From Clostridia bacterium (lineage in GTDB: Bacteria > Bacillota > Clostridia > TANB77 > CAG-465), in NCBI GenBank assembly GCA_045537895.1, contig JAZSQI010000005.1, positions 60 through 64,059 on the forward strand: a stretch of 64,000 nucleotides of DNA. Reading direction: 5' to 3'. The notes beneath the pieces are model-generated. The model made no database searches. It was not told where the DNA came from and saw only the letters and a program-made list of their open reading frames with translations. The translations under genes were made by a program, and so were the position numbers. Below are positions 1 to 8,272 of this stretch, piece after piece (position 1 is the first letter of the stretch; every line of letters begins with the position of its first letter).

Positions 1-1085
1 TTTTCTTTACTAGCTTTTGCTATATCTACTGAACTTATTTTAATAATTTCATCCCAACTTTTCTTTATACGCATATTGGGAATTTTAATATCCGGTCTTT
101 CATTTTTTATATAATCTAATACATATTTATAATAAAAATCATTATATTCATTGTTTAAAACCTCAGCCTGCCTATTTAATTTAGGTAAAGCATCTATATA
201 TTTTTTCAAAAATGTCTCGTTTTGTAATATTACTGGATATATATTAATATTATCAAGTGTTTCTCCAATCTCCATAAATGTAACATCTGTTAATGACAAA
301 AAATAATCTGTTAACTCTTTATCTCTAAAAAACTTTGTTTGTGCATATGTAGGTAAAAATCTAACTGCATCCATAACCTTATAAAACTTAGATAAATTTT
401 CTTTTTTAGGTTCTAATTTTTTATCTATACTACCATAATAATAACGTGGCTGTATTGCATCCTCATTTTCTTTTTCACGAGATACCTCACCTTTATTTTC
501 GAAAGAATCAATAATACTTAAAAAACTACCATCATCCATACTTCTCAATAATTCTTCATCTGACATTGAAAATATTTCTTTCATAATCTCTCTATCTTTA
601 TCAGTTTGAATTACATTACCTTTAAGTTGATTATATTCTTTACTTTTATACTCTTTAAAATTATGATGCTTTATATTATGTATATCTATTACTTCCTCTT
701 GAATATCTCTTGGCAACCAATATAGCAATTTATCTAGAATAAAACTTTCAGCATGCCAGGAACCTTCCATATATGATTCCAATGATTCTAATAATTTTTC
801 TTTTGGTTCATTAGCTAACATTTCTTTTGCTATTTGCTCTTCAACTGTTAATGGTAATAAATCTTTTATTTGCTCTGGTTTTAATTCTAGTATTTCTGTT
901 GCAAGCATATCCTGCATCTCTATAGAAATCCCAGCCGAAACTTTTGGATGGTTTCTTATTTTCAATATTAATTCTATTTTCTTTTCTGACTTTACGTTTG
1001 GATTTTTTAATTCATTTACTAGTTCTTCTAATAATCCTAATATCTCTGGATCTTTATCAGAGAGATCAATAATTGGATTTATCAT
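1..1085 (-). CDS. hypothetical protein, runs off the window (3' end missing)
   Basis: Manually translated stop-free frame from ATG at 1085 (MINPIIDLSDKDPEILGLLEEL...) with AGGAGG RBS upstream; absent from the ORF track because no stop lies in the window. Confidence 0.8.
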   Translation of the reverse strand, partial: MINPIIDLSDKDPEILGLLEELVNELKNPNVKSEKKIELILKIRNHPKVSAGISIEMQDMLATEILELKPEQIKDLLPLTVEEQIAKEMLANEPKEKLLESLESYMEGSWHAESFILDKLLYWLPRDIQEEVIDIHNIKHHNFKEYKSKEYNQLKGNVIQTDKDREIMKEIFSMSDEELLRSMDDGSFLSIIDSFENKGEVSREKENEDAIQPRYYYGSIDKKLEPKKENLSKFYKVMDAVRFLPTYAQTKFFRDKELTDYFLSLTDVTFMEIGETLDNINIYPVILQNETFLKKYIDALPKLNRQAEVLNNEYNDFYYKYVLDYIKNERPDIKIPNMRIKKSWDEIIKISSVDIAKASKE

Positions 1086-1156
1086 TATTCTTTCCTCCTA
1101 AAAAACGCTCTTTATACTTATATATCATATATATATATTTTTTTCAAGTATTTCAT

Positions 1157-1404
1157 TTACATTTTGTTTTTTGTTTTTTCTTTGTAATTAGTTATTAGAT
1201 TAATAATTTCTTCTACCCTTTCTTTATCAGATATTATATTTTTTATCTTACTCTCAATATTGTTTAATTCTTTTTCCTGTGAATTGTATAATGTTTTAAA
1301 GAATCTTTTGTCTTTTTGTCAACTATACAGATTTGTTCTTGATGATCATATATAAAATTTAATATAATATATTTGTCATCCCATCTCGTTATTTTTTCTA
1401 ACAT
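1157..1404 (-). pseudogene. small frameshifted hypothetical gene
   Basis: AGGAGG RBS + ATG 1404 (MLEKITRWDDKYIILNFIYDHQEQ...) stops at 1264; a coding-like -1 frame (FKTLYNSQEKELNNIESKIK...) continues to 1157. Confidence 0.45.
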
Positions 1405-1494
1405 AATATTATTCCTCCTTATGATTATGTGTGATATTAACTCTCTTTAAATATATTGTCAGCATTTTTATTAAAGCTTATTAAATTTTTTGAA

Positions 1495-2065
1495 ACCCCT
1501 CATTCTGTCGTTTCGTTTATGGTAGTCTAGTATGTAGCAGCGCTACTGCAGATGCTGTTAAATTAATAACTTGTTCATACTTGCCCTAACTTTTTACATC
1601 TACATATCCACATTCAAACTTTGCCTCCTGACACTCTTTTATTATTGTGAGTTTTCGTTACGAGATCTCACCGACACATATAGTTTTAATAGACTCTTAA
1701 AACTACTGCGGGACACTTATTGCAACGGCTGACCAAACCTATCCCTTTATTATTTTACAACGAGTTTAAGGCATCTCTCGTATATAAAAAGCACCCATAG
1801 TTTTTTAACTATGAATACTCTTTGAAATATATAATTTTTTTACTTAAAAATGCTATTTTGCATTTTTACAGGAAGAGGGAGTTATACAAACTCCCATTAA
1901 CTGCCTAAAAGTGTAACTTTTAGCGTATTTCTATTTTTTTATGTGTATATCAAATAGATATACAATTTTTTGCCTATAAATTAACTTTTTTAATATAAAA
2001 TTAAGCCCAGAGAATAAACCTCTAGGCTGTTTAAATGACTCAAGGCTTCAAAAGTTTCTTGAGTA
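1495..2065 (-). ncRNA. candidate structured non-coding RNA / cis-element (unnamed)
   Basis: No long ORF, locally higher GC, chain of inverted repeats; the stem at ~1789-1820 pairs fully only with G-U wobbles on the minus strand. Confidence 0.35.
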
Positions 2066-2226
2066 CTAATCAATATATTTATAACATATTTTCATTATAA
2101 TTCCAAGATGTTTACTAAAAATTCAAATAAATTATGGATTATTTGTTTTATACTAATTCTTATATTTTTTCGCCACAAAATCGATTCTGTGCCCTTTTTA
2201 TTATTAAGTAAATAAATTTATACCCT

Positions 2227-2769
2227 TTACGTATAAATTAACATATCTTGTCCAATATATGATTTTAATTTTTCAAATCCTGAAACTGGTATTTGATTTG
2301 TCTTGCCTTCTAGCCAACCATATAATGTGCTTGCTGATATATTGCTTTTCTTTGCAAATTCTACATATGTTAAGTTATTCTCTGATATATATCTTTTTAT
2401 TATCTCTACTGGATTGTTTTTAATAAATTTAACATAGTCTGGTATATATTTTTCTTCCATATCAAGAATGTTTATTATCTTTTCTATTGTTGATATGCTA
2501 TTTAATCTTTTTTCATCAGTTTCATATCTATGATATGCATCTACAGAAATACCAATCTTACTTGCCATCTCTTTTAAACTATAACGTTTTAACATTCTAT
2601 AATAGACAATTGCATCAGAAAATTTATTTGTTAAAAGTAATTCTTTATTAGGTTTTTCTCTTGCATCCACATACACACTTTCATTTAAAACACCTTTATT
2701 TCTAAGCTTTCTAAATAAGTTACCTATATCTTTATATAATATAAATTGTTCTTTTTTATTTGTTGTCAT
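2227..2769 (-). CDS. double helix-turn-helix (XRE-like) DNA-binding protein, copy 2
   Basis: Two HTH motifs (SLKEMASKIGISVDAYHRYE; TYVEFAKKSNISASTLYGWLEG); paralog of 5926..6468. Confidence 0.8.
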   Translation of the reverse strand: MTTNKKEQFILYKDIGNLFRKLRNKGVLNESVYVDAREKPNKELLLTNKFSDAIVYYRMLKRYSLKEMASKIGISVDAYHRYETDEKRLNSISTIEKIINILDMEEKYIPDYVKFIKNNPVEIIKRYISENNLTYVEFAKKSNISASTLYGWLEGKTNQIPVSGFEKLKSYIGQDMLIYT

Positions 2770-2912
2770 CAGACCAGTGGAGCATCTGCCAAAATTCTAA
2801 CTGTCATTCCTACCAAATCTGCCATTTCATCATATATGTTAACTACTTTAAAAAGTACATCATATCCATAAGATTTTCTTGCTACTACATCTCCTACTTT
2901 TAGCTTTAACAT
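2769..2912 (-). pseudogene. yabG: 47-aa 5' fragment resembling sporulation peptidase YabG N-terminus, copy 2
   Basis: MLKLKVGDVVARKSYGYDVLFKVV...VRILADAPLV* matches the YabG N-terminal pattern (GD.V.RKSY..D..F ... R..ADAP); GAGGTG RBS; stop overlaps the HTH start (TGATG). Confidence 0.7.
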
Positions 2913-2920
2913 TAAAAATC

Positions 2921-2960
2921 ACCTCATATCATATTTTATGATATGAGGTTAAGGTTTGTT
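2921..2960 (-). promoter_or_regulatory. sigmaK-like promoter embedded in a 13-bp-arm palindrome
   Basis: AACA-N16-CATAAAATA on the minus strand (consensus mACm-N16-CATAnnnTA); perfect IR ACCTCATATCATA-ttt-TATGATATGAGGT. Confidence 0.55.
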
Positions 2961-3010
2961 AATTTTATGTGTTTTTATAATTTCATGATTTAAAATTTAT
3001 TTATACATAG

Positions 3011-3496
3011 TTATGTATCTAATTCATAATAATACAATATGTTTGTATCTGTATCAAAAATTGCAACAGTGTAATTATATGAATGTCTATCATATATTGC
3101 TTTTTCGTCATATTTATTCATTGCTTTACTATGTCTATCCAAGAAAAACCAATATCCGTTTTCTATGATTGGCAATTCCATATTATCACCAAATTTATCT
3201 ATTGTAACTTCTTCTTGAAGCTCTGCACTCATAGGGAGCTTATTCCAATGCTCATTCCCCTTTATTTTCTTTATAAATCTTTTTGCTTGTCTATTATTAA
3301 AATAGACTCTTGAATATATTTCACCATCCATATGAAATCCTGCATGTGTACCCTTATAGTACATCTCACAAGATAATGGTACATATATTCCTATATCCAT
3401 TGCTATCCTTCTATATTCACTAACTTTAAACTCTACTACAATTAATATTATTGCTATAGCTAATATGCTAATAAATATTATTAACTTCTTGTGCAT
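3011..3496 (-). CDS. membrane-anchored hypothetical protein B2 (putative immunity-like)
   Basis: N-terminal TM; THAGFHMDGE motif; C-terminus nearly identical to 6713..7201. Confidence 0.7.
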   Translation of the reverse strand: MHKKLIIFISILAIAIILIVVEFKVSEYRRIAMDIGIYVPLSCEMYYKGTHAGFHMDGEIYSRVYFNNRQAKRFIKKIKGNEHWNKLPMSAELQEEVTIDKFGDNMELPIIENGYWFFLDRHSKAMNKYDEKAIYDRHSYNYTVAIFDTDTNILYYYELDT

Positions 3497-3499
3497 ATT

Positions 3500-4527
3500 T
3501 TACACCTCTATATCAAAGTTTATATTAACTTCAAATTCATTTAAAACACCAGTTTTCATTGAAAAGTATGCAAAATTATATAATGAACTAGAGAAAATAC
3601 TCTTTTTCACATTTTCAGTAGCCTTAAAATATTCTTTAAGAGTTTTTAATTTTGTATAATCATAAACATCATATATGTTTATATTCAAATTCCATTTTCC
3701 ATTTTGCTTGTTTCCTTTTACTTTAAATTCTGCTTTGTTAATGGAATAAAACAAATCACTTTTACTTAGAACAATAGATGTATCTTCATTTATTTGGTTT
3801 TTATTTTTCTTCTCGTACTCTTGTATTATTTTATTTAATTCATCAACAAAAATTTTATCCGATTTTATTTTTTCTACCACTTTTCCTGATGTAAAATACA
3901 AATTTTCTGGCTTTTCTTTGAGTGAATGTTGCAATAAGTCAGCCGAAAAATCAAATCCAGCATATTTTCCTCCGACTTCAATTATAGATTGCCAAAAGGC
4001 ATATTGCATAGCTTTAGACATATCTTTCTTATATTGATTTTTATTTTTATAAAAATTAAATATAAAACTAGCACCTGTTACTAACAATTTGAATTCATTT
4101 ATATCAAGTTCACCATTTTTTACATTACTAATAAATTCTTCAAATTTGATTTGCATTTTATACAAATCATAAGCTTCTTTTAATATTATTTTCCTCACAC
4201 TTTTAATTTTTTCAAATATAGTTACTTTTTTGATGTTATTTATATCTTTATTTACTTGTTCCTTTATTTTATCAAAGTTGCCATATTTTAACATATCTAA
4301 ATATCTATATGTTAAGTATCTATCCGTAATCCATATCTTTTGATTTTTATTTAACCCTGTTATTCCTGTTTTCTGCATTACACTATTATATAACTCTTTT
4401 TCTTTATACTTTGATTTGCTAGGTTGTTCCAATTTAAGAAATGTATATATATATTATCTATACATCCATTACCAAATGTATCTTTACATTTTTTCATATC
4501 TCTTTTACAAAGCAGACACTCTTTCAT
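3500..4527 (-). pseudogene. gene A2, frameshifted by one extra TA in a (TA)n tract
   Basis: Start MKECLLCKRDMKKCKDTFGNGC at 4527 is identical to A1; (TA)5 at 4444-4453 versus (TA)4 in A1; span 1028 nt = 3n+2. Confidence 0.8.
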
Positions 4528-4597
4528 ATTATCACACTCCCACAACAAAATATTATATTTTTAATTTAAATCTCACCACACTATAAAACAAATATAT

Positions 4598-5644
4598 TTA
4601 GTTTTTAATATATTTGCTTGCTCTTGAAGAACCAATACGTCTTATTTTTCCATCCTTAACCATTTGTCCTAATACAGCTTCTACTGTAGTTGGACTAACA
4701 TCAGGAAGGACATTACATATTTCTGCTTTTGATATTGGAGTTAAACTATTCAATATTGTTGCCTCTATACGTTGTTTTTTAGTTATTTTTCCATTGTTTA
4801 CAACACTAAATCTCTTATCTAACTCTTTATAACACAAATATAGTGTTGATAAAAAATTTTCAATAAAAGGTACATATGTATTTTCATTATTCTCCCATCT
4901 TTTTGATGATTTTTCAAGAGAATCATAATAATATGCTTTATAGTTGTTTATTTGTTCCTCAAAAGAAACATATTTACCAACATCAAATCCACTCTTATAT
5001 AACAATAATAACGATAGTAATCTTGACATTCTACCATTTCCATCTCTAAATGGATGTATACTTAAAAAATCAAGTATAACGCATGGTATTAATAATAAAT
5101 GATTAATATTAGCATTACTTCTTGCATCCATATATGCAAGCACTAATTGTTCCATTGCTTTTGGTGTTTCTGCACTAGATGTTGGCTTAAAACGAATTCT
5201 TCTATTACCTTCTTGATCTATTTCTATAATATAATTGTCATTTTCCTTATATTTACCTGAAAATTCATAGTCACTATATGACATCATAATTTCATGCAAA
5301 GCTAATATATCCGATTCTTTAAAATCTAATTCCTTGTACCCTAAATGAATTTTATTTAGAGCATCTCTATAACCAGCTATTTCTTCTTCATTATGATTTA
5401 ATGGTTCTACATTTTGATTTACAATTTCTTTAATACGTTCATCACTTGTTACTATTCCCTCTATTGCATTTGAACTTTTTACAGATTGCACTATTGCTAT
5501 CTTCTCCAACTCAATAAATATTTTTTCATACTCATCTTTTCTAACCCCTGCCATAGTTTTTAAAGAATATATTGTACTTATCAAATTAACTAAATTAGCA
5601 GGTAATAGCCCATTATTTAAAAAAGAATAATCAAATTTTCTCAT
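4598..5644 (-). CDS. Fic family protein with C-terminal HTH
   Basis: HPFRDGNGRMSR Fic motif; SSNAIEG inhibitory-helix-like motif; start moved to MRKFDYSF (GGGGGAG RBS). Confidence 0.9.
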   Translation of the reverse strand: MRKFDYSFLNNGLLPANLVNLISTIYSLKTMAGVRKDEYEKIFIELEKIAIVQSVKSSNAIEGIVTSDERIKEIVNQNVEPLNHNEEEIAGYRDALNKIHLGYKELDFKESDILALHEIMMSYSDYEFSGKYKENDNYIIEIDQEGNRRIRFKPTSSAETPKAMEQLVLAYMDARSNANINHLLLIPCVILDFLSIHPFRDGNGRMSRLLSLLLLYKSGFDVGKYVSFEEQINNYKAYYYDSLEKSSKRWENNENTYVPFIENFLSTLYLCYKELDKRFSVVNNGKITKKQRIEATILNSLTPISKAEICNVLPDVSPTTVEAVLGQMVKDGKIRRIGSSRASKYIKN

Positions 5645-5656
5645 GTTACTCCCCCA

Positions 5657-5691
5657 TTTCTGCATATATTCTATCATTTTATATGCAGAAA
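5657..5691. promoter_or_regulatory. operator-like inverted repeat upstream of fic
   Basis: TTTCTGCATATA-N11-TATATGCAGAAA; further TATGCA half-sites to ~5752. Confidence 0.4.
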
Positions 5692-5925
5692 ATCAACGTT
5701 TAATGCATATGTTTTTAAATATTTTATGCAGCAAACCAGTTTATATGCAAAAAAACAAATATCAATATACATTTTTTCGGTTATTTATAGAGTTTTATAA
5801 TTTATTTTTACACTATTCTATTTTTGTATACTACTTATATTAGTATAATATATAAATATTTGTATGATAAAGGCACATAATCAATTGTGTGCCCTTTTTA
5901 TTATGAAGTAGATAAATTATACCCA

Positions 5926-6468
5926 TTACATATAAATTAGCGCATCTTGTCCGATATATGATTTTAATTTTTTAAATCCTGAAGATAATATTTGCTTTGT
6001 TTTTCCCTCTAACCAACCATATAATGTACTTGCTGATATATTACTTTTCTTTGCAAATTCTACATATGTTAAGTTATGCTTTGATATATATCCTTTTATT
6101 ATCTCTACTGGATTGTTTTTAATAAATTTAATATAGTATGGTATATATTTTTCTTCCATTTCAAGAACATTTACTATCCTTTCTATTGTTGATATGCTAT
6201 TTAATCTTTTTTCATCAGTTTCATATCTATGATATGCATCTGCAGAAATACCAACCTTACTTGCCATATCTTTTAAACTATAACGTTTTAACATTCTGTA
6301 ATAGATAATTGCATCAGAGAATTTATTTGTTAATAGTAATTCTTTATTAAGTTTTTCTCTAGTATCTACATATATACTTTCATTTAAAACACCTTTATTT
6401 CTAAGCTTTCTAAATAAATTACCTATATCTTTAAATAATATAAATTGTTCTTTTTTATTTGTTGTCAT
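5926..6468 (-). CDS. double HTH (XRE-like) protein, copy 1
   Basis: Two HTH motifs; highly similar to 2227..2769. Confidence 0.8.
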   Translation of the reverse strand: MTTNKKEQFILFKDIGNLFRKLRNKGVLNESIYVDTREKLNKELLLTNKFSDAIIYYRMLKRYSLKDMASKVGISADAYHRYETDEKRLNSISTIERIVNVLEMEEKYIPYYIKFIKNNPVEIIKGYISKHNLTYVEFAKKSNISASTLYGWLEGKTKQILSSGFKKLKSYIGQDALIYM

Positions 6469-6611
6469 CAGATCAGTGGCGCATCTGCCAAGATACGAAC
6501 TGTCATTCCTACCAAATCTGTCATTTCATCATATATATTAACTACTTTAAAAAGTACATCATATCCATAAGATTTTCTTGCTACTACATCTCCTACTTTT
6601 AACTTTAACAT
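6468..6611 (-). pseudogene. yabG: 47-aa YabG-like N-terminal stub, copy 1
   Basis: MLKLKVGDVVARKSYGYDVLFKVVNIYDEMTDLVGMTVRILADAPLI*; same RBS and TGATG coupling as copy 2. Confidence 0.7.
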
Positions 6612-6618
6612 TAAAAAT

Positions 6619-6659
6619 CACCTCATATCATAAAATATGATATGAGGTGTATTTTTGTT
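6619..6659 (-). promoter_or_regulatory. sigmaK-like promoter in palindrome, copy 1
   Basis: AACA-N16-CATATTTTA on the minus strand; IR CACCTCATATCATA-aaa-TATGATATGAGGTG. Confidence 0.55.
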
Positions 6660-6712
6660 AATTTTGTGAATTTATATAATGTAAATTAATTTCTTAATGC
6701 ATCTATTTATTA

Positions 6713-7201
6713 TTATGTGTCTAATTCATAATAATACAATATGTTTGTGTCTGTATCATAAATTGCAACAGTATAATTATATGAATATCTATCATATATT
6801 GCCTTTTCATCATATTTATTTATTGCTTCACTATTTCTATCAAGGAAAAACCAACATCCATTTTCTATTTCTGGAATTGTTATTTTGAAGTCATCTAAAT
6901 TAGAAATTACCCTTGTATATAGTCCGGAAGTAACAGGTAATTTTCTCCAATTTTTATTTTCATTTATTTGTTTCAAAAATATCTTTGCTTGAAAATCATT
7001 AAGATATATTTTATCTATTGACTCTCCGTCTCCGTGAAACCCTCCGTGCGTATCTTCGTACTTACTTCTTGTTAATAATGGTACCCACACTTCTAGCACT
7101 TTGCTCATTTCATATTTTCTTCCAAAAAGCAAATCCTGAATAATATATAGTATCATAAGTGATACTAAAATAAGCAAAACAACTTTTACTTTCTTTTTCA
7201 T
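6713..7201 (-). CDS. membrane-anchored hypothetical protein B1 (putative immunity-like)
   Basis: N-terminal TM, YEDTHGGFHGDGE motif; start overlaps the A1 stop. Confidence 0.75.
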   Translation of the reverse strand: MKKKVKVVLLILVSLMILYIIQDLLFGRKYEMSKVLEVWVPLLTRSKYEDTHGGFHGDGESIDKIYLNDFQAKIFLKQINENKNWRKLPVTSGLYTRVISNLDDFKITIPEIENGCWFFLDRNSEAINKYDEKAIYDRYSYNYTVAIYDTDTNILYYYELDT

Positions 7202-8250
7202 TATTCCTCCACCTTATAATTTTCAATTTTAAATTTTATATCTACACAATATTCTTTTACGACTCCTAATTTTGTTGATATAAATGCCAAATTATATAAA
7301 GTGCTCGAAAAAATACTTTTTAATATACTGTTTGCATCAAAATAATAGTCATCAAAACTTTTCCATTTTGTATAATCATATTTATCAGTTATATGAACAC
7401 TTATATCCCATATGTTGTCATGTTTTTTTATAGCACTAACATGCATTGTTCCGCCATGAATTGAAAAATACAAATCACTATTATCAAATTGAACGTGCTC
7501 ACCTTTTAATGTAAATTTAGACTTGTTAATATTATTTTTTATTATTTCTTTAATTTGCTTCTTGAAACTATTATCATTATTTATATCTTCAATTATTTTA
7601 CCATCTGTTATGTACAAATCTTTAGGCTCTTCTTTTAATGAATGCTTTAATAATTCAGCAGAAAATTCAAATCCAACATATCTCCTACCAACTTCTATTA
7701 CCGTTTGCCAAAACGCGTATTGCATTTCTTTGATAGCATCTTGCTCATACTGCTTTTTATTTATTTGCATATTAAATATAAAACTAAAACTTGTTAATAA
7801 TAGTTTTATTTTTGAATCCCAATTTTCTACCATCTTTAAATCTAATAATTCTTTTATTTTCTTTTTGAATTTGTTTTCTTTTTTATATAAATCGTAACTT
7901 TCTTTTAGTGTTATTTTCTTCAAGCTTTTTAAATTTGATTCCTTTTGAACACTTTTTATATTTTCTATATCTAAAGTTATACTTTTCTTTAATTTAGTAA
8001 AATCACCATACTTTAATGAATCTAAATATTTATATGTTAAGTATCTATCTGTAAGCCATATCTTTTGATTTTTATTTAATCCTCCTATTCCTGTTTTATT
8101 TATTACACTATTATATAACTCTTTTTCTTTATATTTTGCTTTACTTGGTTTTTCTAGTTTGAGAAATGTATATATATTATTTATACATCCATTCCCAAAT
8201 GTATCTTTACATTTTTTCATATCCCTTTTACAAAGCAAACACTCTTTCAT
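7201..8250 (-). CDS. hypothetical protein A1 (N-terminal Cys cluster, variable C-terminus)
   Basis: CxxC...C...C N-terminus; GGAGG RBS; paralog of A2. Confidence 0.75.
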   Translation of the reverse strand: MKECLLCKRDMKKCKDTFGNGCINNIYTFLKLEKPSKAKYKEKELYNSVINKTGIGGLNKNQKIWLTDRYLTYKYLDSLKYGDFTKLKKSITLDIENIKSVQKESNLKSLKKITLKESYDLYKKENKFKKKIKELLDLKMVENWDSKIKLLLTSFSFIFNMQINKKQYEQDAIKEMQYAFWQTVIEVGRRYVGFEFSAELLKHSLKEEPKDLYITDGKIIEDINNDNSFKKQIKEIIKNNINKSKFTLKGEHVQFDNSDLYFSIHGGTMHVSAIKKHDNIWDISVHITDKYDYTKWKSFDDYYFDANSILKSIFSSTLYNLAFISTKLGVVKEYCVDIKFKIENYKVEE

Positions 8251-8272
8251 TATATCCCTCCTAGTTTATGAT

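Larger units (their letters stand above)
2171..4527. repeat. diverged direct repeat, copy 2 (A-B-yabG stub-HTH module)
   Basis: Colinear similarity to 5872-8250; near-identical at the HTH gene, stub, 3' end of B and 5' end of A. Confidence 0.9.
5872..8250. repeat. diverged direct repeat, copy 1 (A-B-yabG stub-HTH module)
   Basis: Colinear with 2171-4527; offset 3699 bp at the HTH start. Confidence 0.9.

Noticed and set aside
1640-1745. Group II intron remnant (AGCCG motif on the minus strand)
   Set aside because: No domain V hairpin geometry, GTGCG 5' end or reverse transcriptase.
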